Below are positions 12,530-25,440 of a DNA stretch of 64,000 bases, in pieces (within the stretch, counting starts at the first letter, position 1; each line of letters starts with the position of its first letter). A program made the translations under genes and the position numbers. The stretch comes from Lama guanicoe (Eukaryota). The notes beneath the pieces were generated by a model. It saw only the letters and a list, made by a program, of their open reading frames with translations, did not search any database and had not been told where the DNA came from. The stretch covers positions 1,672,011-1,736,010 of the forward strand of contig MU054117.1 in the NCBI GenBank assembly GCA_013239625.1. Reading direction: 5' to 3'.

Positions 12530-14289
12530 CTGTATCAACATGAATAAGACAAGTAATTCATACATTCATATGTGAAATTACATTAGACATGCACAACTGG
12601 GTAGCTCTGTGTAACCCTATGACGTGGTTACACCAAATTTATAATTCATCAAGAAATAACAATGCTTTTGGAAATTCTGTGCATAGTAAAAATCCATTAA
12701 ATACATCCAGGGTCAATAAAATTATTCTGTGGGACTCTTTGCATTAGGTAAGAGCTGCTTTTCCACAACTTCCCTCTCACAGGAAATGGAAGAATGTAAG
12801 TATCTAAGTGATTACTCTGTTTTTACCCACAATTAATATGTCCACTTATGACTAAATGTAAACTCCATCAGTGGAAACAGAGTTAAAGGAAGAATGAGAT
12901 TGAACCAAGTCTTCCTGTTCTGACCGTCCTGTGCTGTGTGAGAGGCTCTAGGGTTTATTTCTGATCAACTAACAGTATGTCTTCTAACTAGAAATCAGAA
13001 GAGATTTTTGGTGGATAGTGAAAAACACAACTTGGCTAGTGACAGTACTGTCTTCTCCTGTCTATCCCAAACCAGAGCCAGTTAATTTTACTACAGAAAA
13101 CATGTTACAGACACCAAATCACTGAATATCCACTTTTCTGATCCTGGATAATTTGGGGTTCAAGTCAGGTGAAAAGGATAATGGAAATAATTTCCAGCCA
13201 TCTAACAATAATTTTTGTCACAGAAGCAGGTCTAGACTTAAAACTTGAAATTTAGAACCCTACCTCGTCAAATGCAAACACGCACACTGTAACGTTCACT
13301 TCTATGAACTTTTTAAAAAAGGTAGTTTCATTCTTTCAATAGGAAGACCCCTATCAAATTAGCAAAATGGCTCCACTGTTACTTCTTCACAACAGCTAAA
13401 AGGAACTTTCTGTTTTGAATCAGAATGCTCCATTTTACTGTTGTTTATTCAAGGAGGATCCCAAACCCATGAAACAGTGTATTAGAGAACTAATCAATCT
13501 CCTAGGTAAAAAGCTAAAGATTTGGGGGTTGCTAGATCAGAATGCTAACATCATTCTCTATCTGGAAAAGCAGCAGCAAGGTCCCACAGTGTTTAGAATA
13601 AATTTACAAAACAGATCTTCCATAGACATGAATGGGCCAAACAAACCTGTGTGTACTACATGGATATCGGACGTTTTCATTAGAGTCAAAGCCCCACCTT
13701 ACTCAATCTAAGGGAAAAAATGTCCAGGAAGGAACATTATGTGGTCTTTTAGTTTGCTGACGTATCATTTTAAACAGCTGACAAATTAAAACCAACTTTC
13801 ACTCTTCAATTATTCTTTACTGACTATGGGGAAAAAATGGACTCATCCAACTTCATTAATGTCTCTTTAGAATAAAGTGAGGAAAAAACATGTTTGGGTA
13901 ATGTTTGATAAAGAGAAAATTTGCTTTTGATTAAGCCAACAGTAAATTTAAAATTAAGTAATACACATATTCTTCACTAAGTTATGAAAATGCAAGGATA
14001 TATACACACACTGGTGGGGGGTGGGGGAATTTAATAAAAGCTAAATTTATTGCACACAAACTGGTATGTGCCAAAGGTATCAGAAGCATTCTCTCTCATT
14101 ACCTCCTTGCTTTTCTCCCCCTTAAAGCCTTGTAACAAAAAAACTTCCTACAGGAAAAACTGGTATCCTAGAAGCATAATACATTATGAAGTTTAGTGCT
14201 ATTCTTTATTTTTTTGTTAAAATTCTTGATGCCTGGATGTATTCATTGGCAATATATTTTCACTTGTCAGGAAGTTTATGGTTACATAC

Positions 14290-14547
14290 AGTACTGACAA
14301 AGAGGGAAGGCAGGCTGGAGCGTCGGTGCTTGCGCTGGAAGGCAGAGTGCATAGGCAGGACACTCTCCAATGCTTTAGAAAGCTTTTCGGCAAAAGTTTC
14401 CTCGGGGGCAGTCCGAAGGAGGGAAGGAGAAAGAGGTGCAGACAGCACTGGTGGTGGGGTGGAGGGAGCACTGGGAGAGATGCGGGACAGAGAGGGAACA
14501 GCAGAAAGATGGGGAACACAAACCGACATGCTACGGCCACGACGAGG
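14290..14547 (-). CDS. WNK1: WNK1 exon 8B (alternative cassette, 258 nt = 86 codons)
   Basis: tttag|CCT CGT CGT ... ACT|gtatgt. Encodes PRRGRSMSVCVPHLS...EETFAEKLSKALESVLPMHSAFQRKHRRSSLPSLFVST. Confidence 0.92.
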
Positions 14548-17042
14548 CTAAACAGAAAACAAACATACATGAAAATACAGCACTCTGAAAACAAAACAAC
14601 CAAATGCACTGTGATAACAGAGGCACAGTTGACATGAACGTTCCATCCTCCCCCAACTCCACAAAGTACACCTGGCAGGCGACAGCTGTTCTCTCCACAC
14701 TGTGGTCAGGAATGGGTGGTTTTCTATGAACAGCTGTGATAATGATCAAGTATCTCCCTAAATATTCTGCAGTAACATTAATTGTTATGAGTGTATGAGT
14801 AAGAATGAGTGGCTGACTGAAGTAGCAGAAGAGACAGGAAAAAATGATGGATACTGGCTTGTAGTTTCTGTAAACTTATTAAGATTAGACAAGAATAAAT
14901 TCTATTAGTTTAACGTACATCGTAAGATAAGTAAGATTTTAAGACTGGATTGCTCTGCAGGAGCTCTGGAAACCCCAAAGATTTCTCAGTCTTATTTTAG
15001 AAGGCATTACACTAAAAAAAAGGTGTTGGCTCACAGTATTTTATTTCCCTTGCCTATCTTTATCTGTAAAGGTAAAAAGTCATTTCCTACTAGGAAAAGC
15101 ATTAGCTTTCTATAGGTAACTCACAATAGATATAGGAAAGACTGTATTCTTACCAAAGTAGTCAATGGAAAGATATCTCAAATGTGAATCTCTAAAAAAT
15201 AACTTTAAATTTTTTTCAAGCACATGAGAGGTTCAACTTTGGTTTACAAAGTTCTGAAAGTCTGAAGCACCTGAACATAAAGGTTTAACACAGCTACAAA
15301 GCAGCCCATCAAATGCTACAAGGCTGTCCTAGCAAGTCTGTTATTTCCTTTTAGACAGTAAACTATGTAACTAACTACATTTTCACTTTTCTCCACCCGT
15401 TCTTTTTCTTTTTATTCCACTTGTAAGTGATATACTACTGTAAGCCGCAGTAAATTCTTTCTGTAGTAAGAAAATAATTATAAAGTTTTTTCTTAAATCC
15501 TCAGTATTCAACAGCTTTTCATGATACCTTCATAGAGTATTGTCATTAAAAGGCAAGACTATCATTTCATTAACAGTCTGCTTTTAGAGCATCAATAAAT
15601 GTAGCCTATTTGTGGCTCAAATATTTAACATCTTCATAAATGATCATTTCATTTTCTTTTCTAAAACAGAGATCTGAAATTCATAACCCTGTGATGAGGG
15701 AAGCCAAGAAATTTAAAACAGTTAAAAAAAAAAAAAAGACAACTTGGAAGAAGTCAATTAGCGCCACTGTCAGTTTCTAACTGACAAGAAATGCTGACAA
15801 ATACTGTCAGATTACAGAAATATACCTGTACAGTCTGTATAAAGCTCTTCTACTCTACCTACTTAAAGATCAGAGAGGTAGACTGTTAGAACATTAGTAC
15901 ACTGGGAGTTTTCTTTGTGTTACTATGGCCATTCATCTTGAGACCCGGCCAGTGCAGGACTGATCAACAGACCATGAAACAAGCAAACATCTTTTATTCC
16001 AAGCTGCAGGATAAGAGACCAGAAAAAGTAGAAGTATTTCCTTACCAGAGAAAGAGAGATTTTCATTCAGCAAAGAAAAACAGTTTCACAAAATCCAGAT
16101 TAAAAGCTTTCTGAGAAGGATGGAAAATCTACCTGCTTAAAGATCTCACGAGACAAGAGCTGTACAGTGACCAGTTGTTCTCAGTTCCTTCCTGAGGCAG
16201 ACAATGCATCTTATTTACTCTTGAAGACTTCATGGAGTGTTAGCAAAAGAAATGTGCTATTGTCTAATGGTCTATTTGAACATTCTTTAACTGAGAAGCA
16301 AGACTGGTTAATGTAAAGCATGGGTAATAACACGTGTGTGTGTGTATGTGTATACATTTGCATATATATAAATGTATGAAGTATTACAGGAAATAATTTC
16401 AATAAATTGATTCTGAAAATAAATCCATCATAAAACAGATACCAAATAAAGGGAAAAAGCAAATGAACACGTACCAGGGAAGGAACTCGTGTCCAACACA
16501 GACTTTAAGGCAAGAACACGCATAGCAACTGATGATGAGCTCAACACAAGCGCTAAATTCAACGGTCATATACAAATACAGGGGTCCTCACTCCAGAGCA
16601 CTCACATGCAGCATTCTGCAATGGTGTGAAGGTCTTACCTGTGTTTTATACAGTAAGACATCTTATAGAAAACACTTAGTAACTCTTTTAGTAAGTAATT
16701 TCTGCAAAACTCTCCTTGGCCCCACCCCCAAACCATTTGTATGTCCAACTTATGCTGCTCTGAACAGTTTCAACTCATAAATGCTAAAGAGAGCATTATC
16801 TTTAATCAAATGCAGATTAGTTTAAATCTTGTAAATAGTTTCTTCACATATTAGCATATATCTCCCACCCTGCCTGAACTACTCCAATTACACCCTGTAA
16901 TAAACTGACTTCCTTTAGCATCACCATTTGTATTTTTATACTTCAGATTCATGCTATTACTAGTTTAGTAGAAAAGTCTGAACCAAACACATTAGCTACT
17001 GATTCTCATTACAGGCTTACACTCTCTTATGTAGTCACTCAC

Positions 17043-17230
17043 CATACTCGAGGGCGGATATACCCCATGAGGCTGAGCCTGTGCCGGGACAACAGACGCC
17101 GTGTGCCCCGGGAGTGCGCCAGTAGAATGTGCCTGCTCATGCTGGGAACCATAGGAGACTGTCTGTTGGCTGCTCACTCGAGATTCTGTGAAGACAGAAG
17201 ATCCCTGACCACTGTCAACCGTCCCGTCAG
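17043..17230 (-). CDS. WNK1: WNK1 exon 8 (188 nt)
   Basis: ttcag|CT GAC ... ATG|gtgagt. Encodes DGTVDSGQGSSVFTESRVSS...HGVYPPSSM. Confidence 0.96.
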
Positions 17231-18010
17231 CTGAAAGAGAAATAAATTGCCAAAAGAAAAGACAGAGAGACAAATCACAAAAAGGAGGTTCACATTTTCC
17301 CATCACAAACTCTTGATTTTAAGGTTAATGAGCTTTTTCTTTACACAGACCTGAACTAAATAAAAAATGAACACAAATTTTACTAAGTAGATTTGTATGT
17401 TTAAATGAGGGATCCATGTAGAAAAAAGCTCTGTCTTTAAAAAAAAATCCCTTGGCTAACACAGGATCTTACCACTGGAAGAACAAGGGAAATAAAATAG
17501 AATGTTGTTGGCCAGCCTGAAGTTTGACACAGCTTCCAAACTCTTAACTGTGGAGACCAGTGGTTTCTTAGTATCGAGAAGGTAGTTCAATTAATAACTA
17601 GCAGTCTCATTAGTTTCTAGTTTATACATTATTCAGTGTTGCTAAAGAAGCTAAACCAGATTAATGGGTTCAATAATAAGTAGCTAAGATAACCTTGTTC
17701 ATTTTTCATTATGAATTATATTTTATTTTCAGGAATTGTGAAAAGTAGAAGTCTACAAATCAGAACTTCCAAGATGCTGGAGCCTGTAACATTATTTGAC
17801 ATCCTAATCACATTTCCTCACCATCCCATCCTTTTGCTCTATTAGCCATGGACGTAAGGACAGAAAGAAAAGGTAGACTTCTCAAACTTCTTATTTATAT
17901 GTTGGATTCATAATTCAAAACCAAGAGGCCAGCACAAAATGATGGTCAAGAAGATAAAAGGTCAATTGTGACTGTCATTAGCAAGCTTGTCCACTTCCGC
18001 AAACACTTAC

Positions 18011-18344
18011 ATAACACGGATACACTTGGTTGTTGGTACTGCAGCTGCTGATGCTGATCAGCCTCCGGCTCCTCCGGCTCCACTTGTGTAGACACAGAAG
18101 CTGAGGCGGCAGAGGCAGCAGGCAGGCCAGGGCAGGCAGAGGGGGGCGGCGGGACCCCCGCCTGGGGAGCGCCTGGCGGCGGCTCGGCCTGCTGCGTGAG
18201 CCTGCTCTCCTCCTGCTTCCTCTTCTCCTGCTCCTCCCGCACCAGCTGCCGCTGCTCTCGTTTCCTCTTAATCAAGGACACTCTGTCTCTGATGGCTTTT
18301 GCCATGGTCTTGTGATCCCCTTCACAGACATACCCAGACTCTAC
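18011..18344 (-). CDS. WNK1: WNK1 exon 7 (334 nt; coiled coil and KLHL3-binding acidic degron)
   Basis: ctgtag|GTA ... T|gtaagt. Encodes VESGYVCEGDHKTMAKAIRDRV...; EPEEPEADQHQ at 18048-18080. Confidence 0.96.
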
Positions 18345-18694
18345 CTACAGGAAAGCGGGGAATTAGGAAGCAGCAGATAACAAGCCGAACACAAAACTAA
18401 AAGGCCACCCTTGGAGAGAAAGGAGAGAAGAAGGGGAAGAAAGAACTGTCTGAGGACTGATCTTAATTAGCCAAACTGTGAAACACCTGGTCTGCATTAT
18501 GTTTGTTTTTGTAGATATTCGTGGGGTGGCTGCCATTATTTTTGTAGAAACTCGTGGGTGGCTGTACCTTCACTAATTAGAACAACAAAACAACGGGGAG
18601 CTTAAACATCCAAGTTTTTAAACCAAAAGGCTCATTCTATTGTATCTGTTCTAATTCCCCCTCATACGTAACCATCAATATTAACCTGCGTTGC

Positions 18695-18829
18695 AGGGAG
18701 GGTGTAGCTCAGTGGTAGAGTGAGTGCCTCGCATGCACAAAGTCCTGGGTTCAATCCCCAGTCTCTCTATGAAAAAGTCAATAAATAAACCTGCTACCCC
18801 TCCCCAAACAAACAAAAATTTTACAAACC
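18695..18829 (+). mobile_element. Full-length tRNA-derived SINE (camelid-type) with target-site duplication
   Basis: A-box tagctcagtgg, B-box gggttcaatccc, A-rich tail. Flanking repeats atattaacctgcgttgc (18678-18694) and atagtaacttgcgttgc (18830-18846). Confidence 0.88.
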
Positions 18830-19570
18830 ATAGTAACTTGCGTTGCTTTTACTTCCTTTCACTAGACAACCACTTTCCCAGATAAATATATGAAGGTTAA
18901 AAAAAACCCAAACCTCAAACAGTGTAAAAAACTAACAAAAATAAGCACCTCTCTTACACCTGACCCCTTCTCAGAAGTAACTACTATTGAATGGTTCTTA
19001 TAAGCTCTAGTAGAGGTAGTCTGTGAATACATTTGCACAGCAAATGCCTATTCGGGCACCTTGAGAAGCCTACGACTGGCAAAGTGTTTCCCTTTTGAAA
19101 AGTGATCTTTTAGACATACTTTAAAAATGATTTGCAAAAGGCCACTTACTAATAATTGACCTTGAGGTCAATTATTTTCCCTCCCTTTGAAGGAAAAACA
19201 ATGCATGATCTATTTTTAGGATTTACCCAGATGACTGATCAAAGGCTATTGTATCAGAATTTAGAAAACATAACTTGTCAGTCTAACTAAACAGGTTTAT
19301 ACTAATTAGGAGTCAGTCAACTTTATGGACTCTGAAAATTACTTCAGAATGCATTCCAGTTCTACCTGTCTGTCTACCCATCCATCCCCATACACAAACG
19401 TGTCTATATATGTCTACTAAAACAAACATAACACCTGAGGCCACAGATCAAAACAGCTTTACATCAGTGGGATGTGCCATACACGGCTTCATAAACCGCT
19501 TTTTCGCTCGACAGTATCAATGTATACAAATCTGCACCAAATTTTAAATGGCTAATTAGTGTTAATTTAC

Positions 19571-19790
19571 CATTTCCTGAGCAACATCTTCTGGCACATC
19601 TCTCTCCAGGTCAAAGGAAAACTCAATAGCTTCATTGTCTTTGTATTTCCCCTTCAACTTCTTAATGTCTTCAATACGTAGCCATAATTTAATGGCTATC
19701 TTTTCTCCATCATCTTCTTCTGCTAATTCTACCCGTACCCCTGTTTCCTCCTGGAAGAAGGCATGGTTCAAAAGGTCTTTGATAGAATAT
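19571..19790 (-). CDS. WNK1: WNK1 exon 6 (220 nt; end of kinase domain and autoinhibitory domain)
   Basis: ggaag|A TAT ... ATG|gtaaat. Encodes [30 protein letters not shown]...DVAQEM. Confidence 0.97.
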
Positions 19791-21434
19791 CTTCCAAAGA
19801 GAGGGAAAAAAACAAAAACAGAACAAAATGCCATTAGATTTAAGAGATACTTTTCAAGTATAGCTGATTGTTGTTATGTTTGGACTAATGAAAACAGACC
19901 GTGAAAAGGGAAATTTTCTAAGTCATTCCTACATTGTTCCATTTCATAATGATTATAGTTTTACTCAACTGACAGAACATCAGAACAATCTCATTTACAA
20001 ATAAAAGCAGAAAGTGGTACTTTTAAATCTACTGAGCTAATCTTGTATTAGTTAACACTGTACTAGTAATAGCAATTAATACATACAGAATAACATAGCT
20101 TCAAAATACCGTATAATTGTTTAAGTAGCAATTACAGTGAACAAAAATTCCTCCTATGTACGATCTCATCTGATCCTTGACCAACATCCAATGAGAAATC
20201 ATTTCCTGATAATTAGGAAATGGATCCTCAGAGATTGACGATCTTGCTCATAGTTATAAAAGTCATAAATGGTGGAATCAAAACTCAAAAATAAATCTTT
20301 TTATTTCTAGTACATTACCTTCTAATACAGCAAACTTTATTTACTCCAATAAAACCTCTCAATTCCTTGTTCAACAACTTGTATACTAGGCAAGAAGTCT
20401 GACTGTGGAACAATTTTCTCTAGATAAATGGTCTCAAAATACCAGTAATCTAGTAGACTGTTCCATCCAGAAAAGAAACAAGAGCAATATGTTCTAAGGC
20501 TGAAAACAAATATTCCTTTGTTTATAATTAAAAAAAAAGTTCTTAAAGAGACTAAGTACTCTCCTTTTCAATCAGTATACATAAAAATAGAAACCCATAC
20601 TAAAAAAAACTAAAGATCATAATGTTAAGCTCTTCCAAATAACGAAGTTATAAAAAGAAAAATGAGACTGGAGAAGCGAGATATGGAATTCTTTAGTTTG
20701 GCTGATACACCTGATCACATGCATTCTTCAAGAGGTAGATTATGCTCAGCTTACAATTTGTGTCTGTACTGGCTGGTCTACTTTTTCTTCTTTGCTGGGT
20801 GAGGGGGGGAAAGATTACTTTCCAAAAACAGACACTGGATCTTTGCCCTGCCTAACGGGTGGTGAATCAGCTATATGGCAGATCAGGTACTTGCCACTCT
20901 CTGAGAAAAGTCCTCTGTTAGCACAAACGACTAAGCCAGATCTCCTCCCAAGCTCTGGGCGAAGTCGTCTCTTTTTATTCAAAGGAGTTTCGACACTTTG
21001 CTCTTCTTCAATTCTGGCATAAAACTGCCTAGCTGAGCTGATTTTAAAGAGCCAATGTTTTGTCTCATCTTCAGAACTCAATGAACGGGTCAAGGACCAA
21101 GAGCAGATTTGCTGAATAAAGACAGAACCCTACTGAGTTTTACAGATTATTCTGATGCTACAACTAAGCAGTTCTTACTGAACGCACTATGTTTATGGTG
21201 GTTCTGGTTTACTTAAACTCAACGAAACCACATGTTTACAACATTTCAGTGTATCAAGTCTGAACACTGTCTTCAACGGGCAGAACTCTACTTTTAAAGA
21301 TACTACGTGACGGAAACAGATAAACTAATCACACGTGAAGCATTAAATACACTGTAGATTGAGTGTTTTATTTAGAGCACGTTACATTTTAAGTTTTTGT
21401 TTAAGCAAAACCCAGATCAAAAGAGGCAACTTAC

Positions 21435-21523
21435 CTTTCATCTTTGTTTTGTCGTATGCATCCTTCAATAATTTCTTTCACTTCAGGAATTGCTACTTTG
21501 TCAAAACTGGCTGGCTTTACCCC
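21435..21523 (-). CDS. WNK1: WNK1 exon 5 (89 nt)
   Basis: ttttag|GGG GTA ... AG|gtaagt. Encodes [29 protein letters not shown](R). Not in the ORF track. Confidence 0.97.
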
Positions 21524-24500
21524 CTAAAATTATAAAAATAGCGACACAAACACATTAATGAAGGCAGGGACTTTAAGCTCTGATTTTCACTTGCCTCCGA
21601 CGGTTTTACCAGATTGCCTTCTTACCATTCCAGCTTTTTTCTGATTTGCCTGCAGGAGCTAGTCCACGCAGGGTCAGAGTTGGGTAGTGGCAATTTAGCC
21701 CCCACAAGATAACAGAGAATAATTAGACAGTAGAGTCACTTACTTCCAGGGCCTCTATATACAGCTAGTGAGAAATTTAAGCTATTGTTAACATCTTCTG
21801 CTGTGTTTCAGAGAAAGGAAGTTATTGGCTAAAAGGTAGGCCAAATGTTCTAATTGGTTAAAAGATCTTCTGTTCAGCTTTGTTCCCCAACACATTAATC
21901 AACACAACACCTAACTCTTTTGAACAGTGAGTCCATGTGCGGGCATGAATGCACATGCTCATTTGGCAGGTATTCTATGATTGCAGTACTCTTGAACCAA
22001 CTCAAGTACAGAAGGAGCTAGGAATTTGGCTTGGTGTGGCATGATAACTAAAGAGCAAACTGTCTTGTACACAGGAAACATAAAATGACAAGCAGTATTT
22101 CAGACCCATGTGAAAGACAATTCTTCCAATTAATTTCAAAAGAAAATTCAGTGTCACTATTATATGCACTACTAAACAGCATCACAGTAGTACTTCAGAA
22201 TCTTCACGAAGTGTAAATTCTCTGCAAATAAAATTTGAGCAAAATGTGGGAAGTATGTATAAGATAGAAGACTAACAAAATACTCCTGTCTGAGAGGTGG
22301 TGTGAAGAAAGGCATCTCGTTATTCTCACCCCATCTGAGTAACCACTCGAACAAGCAGCTACACTGACACACTGCCAAGCTGCACTCTAAGTCTATAATC
22401 ACATAAAACACAGGGGAAGGGGACTAGAAAAGCTAGAATACGTATAAATTCTAAGCAACTACTGTTTCAGGGCAATATACATTAAAACACTATTAGTGAC
22501 ATAATTTGATAAATCACAGAAGTGTTTGTAATCTCTCACGGGTTACGGTAAAATACATCAAATGGCTTTGTTTCTGAGTAACGACCGCAAAGATCACTGT
22601 TTGTATTTTCTTCACTCTTCTTATTTTTCAAAGTCCAGCGAAGTTTTCCCAACTGGTCTTTGCCTTCACATAACCATTCTAATGAGAACAAGAAAGTAAA
22701 TGCTGCTGAAGCAAAAAGCTGCTTTAAGTGAGCAAGCTGGTACAGTATTTTAAACTCAGGCTAAAAGAAAATAGGACCTGTTTTAAAGGGAAAAAAAGAA
22801 TGATGCTTACTGAAAGTTTTCTGGTAGTAGAAACACTGGAGATTTTGTTTTATATGTTTTTAATTTTCTACAATAAACATGTAAAAGTGTATAAAAGCAA
22901 ACTTTAAGATACTATTTATGAATACAACAGGAAGAACAATCCAAAATACTGTATATTAAGTTTAGAGAACATTCACTATCGGCAGAAAGTTATCTGAAAG
23001 ACTGTTCTTTGGTAAAATAGAACACCAGTACATAACTGGCCTTTGCATGCAAAGACATTCCAAATACTACAGGTAAGTGGTTAAAGAGGCTATAGAATAT
23101 GTTTAGAAAAAAATGTTCCTACTTCCATAAACACATACATTTTAGAGGAATGTAGTTTGGCCTTCTGGCAATAAAACTCTACATGTTAAGTTAATAAATC
23201 ACACATATACTGATTATATTAAAAGACTCTTCTGCCTCAATTTAGCACAGGCATACTGAAAAGATGAAAGATTAAACAGACTTGAATTCAGTGTGAACTG
23301 GACAAGGAGAAGCAGCTCTGAGCTTCAGATTCTCTGTCTAGAATGTGGCGATAGCTGTCTGTCCAACTATATGTACAGGAACTAGAATCAAATGTGGTCT
23401 CTAGGTTGAAAGCTCTTTAAATTATTTAGTTTGCTGACCTAAGGCCACCTTTGACCTCAAAGGCACTCACTAAAGATAATAAACAGAGTTAAAAGGAAGT
23501 GAAGAATTCTCTTGGAAAAATGTTCACCAAGATACACAGTCAATCTGCTTTCAAAGATGAAAGGTTATCTTTAAAAATAAAAAGTCCTCTTCTTAATATC
23601 CTCCCCATGCAAACATATATACATTTATAATTTTACAAACAAGAATTCCTTTTTATAAATAGAAATCTCAGTTGAACAAATGAGATACAAGGTCATGCAA
23701 GTGTAACACCTTGATTCTACTCGGTTCAGCTGCTTTCTCAAAGCACAGCCAAGATTTAGGCATAGAAAATTCTGTACCAACGCTATACAACATATTCAGA
23801 TGCCACTGCTGCCTTAAAAAATGTGGCAGGTGCCAAGACAGCCAAGAGAATGGAGAAACACCTTACCAGTCCAGCAGCTGGTATTAAAAGATCACCCATT
23901 TAGATAAAAAAAAGTAGAAGGAATTTCAGCAACCATCAAGAAGCCAGGATTATCAAAATATCTCTCAGAGTTATTATGAATCATTTGAGAAGCAAGAATG
24001 TATAGGGACTCTATGTTAAAAATGATCCAAACAAGAAAGGAGAAATGAGTATGAAGGCTCACTGACTCTGAAAGTGACCTACAGAAAAGTCATCTGGGAC
24101 ACATGACACAAAGCTGCTTAAAATACATAAGTACAGGTTTTGATACACAGTACTCATCAAACTCGTAGGCTTCTTGGTCTTAAGAGGTAAGAGAACTTTG
24201 TTTCATAACTGATACTTTTTTTTTAATTAGAAAGCTGGCTTAAGATTATTCTAAAACATGATTTTAAGCATCAGACAGAAGAAAGTAATGATGAGAAAAT
24301 GTTTTAATGACAGTATTTCATCCTTTTTCCTTTTTAGTTCATGTATTTCAACAAAGATGATCAACTTAGAGCCTTAAAATCTTCCAAACATCACCTCTTT
24401 TCTATGCTCCCCTGATTCAGCCCCACGCAGTCCTATTCTAGTCCTGTTTCAACCAGCAGAAGCAAAGTTTTGTTCACCTGTTCTGAACGAGGTTCAAAAA

Positions 24501-25440
24501 CACAAACAGAAAAGAGCACTAAAAAGAGCACTGAGGAAGATAAATTGGGCTAATGTTTCACAAAGAAGAAAAATTAAGTCACAGGCACATACCCTCTCTC
24601 TCCATCCTTTCAGAGCGAGCAACCTACCAGCTCTAGGAACATTCTTGCTTAATTACCGCTGTAATTCACAGGGCTTCTCTTTAGGCAGCAGTGCCATATT
24701 ATGCTTTTTGACATGGGACAGTAGCATGTTTCTCTGCATTAAACAAAAATACCTCCTGAACAGCTAATGTATATCCATGTAAGAAACTTTAGGGGTTACA
24801 TAAACTTGTATCTATTCTCTTAAAACAAACAAACAAAAAAAAGGCAACTTTTGTGCAATCTTAAATGGAGTACACAAAAAAACCCAAAACAAAAAACAAA
24901 ACAAAAAACAACAACCCAATTGTGCCCTCCACCAATGGGCACATCAAAAGTTGGATATAAATCTTTATAAAATGTTGCTTGATTTAAACTAAGAAAAACC
25001 AAAAACATACATGCATTTTATAGACTCAGTTCTTCTGCCAACTGTATATAACTTCTGGTTTGCCAACATAACCTGCTAGGGAAAAAAGTGACTCATAATA
25101 AAAACAAAAGTTGAGTCATAATATAGTATTCTCTGATTCAATCTTCTAGCTTTTAAAAATTGTCAGCACTTGCTTCTTGAAAGCTTAAGTTTCAAATGTG
25201 CTAGAGTAACATTTATACTTTCATAAAAGGAAAACTTTTCCTAACCCTTCAGAATTGAGAAGAGCCCCCTTCCTCCTCACACAAAATGCTGTATAAGTTA
25301 ACCAAACTACAAAACTGAACTAAAATAGTTTAAAAAGCACTATGAAGAAAACAATCTCAATACTTTTAACTGGAACTTTCCACACCTATCACCAAATGGC
25401 TACAACATACTTTTTGCATATACTAGAAATTCTTACCTAC

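Noticed and set aside
14186..14637. Plus-strand ORFs antisense to exon 8B
   Set aside because: By-product of the purine/pyrimidine skew; no recognisable protein.
18695..18768. tRNA-like sequence with A and B boxes
   Set aside because: Has an A-rich tail and TSD and lacks a proper acceptor stem: a SINE, not a tRNA gene.
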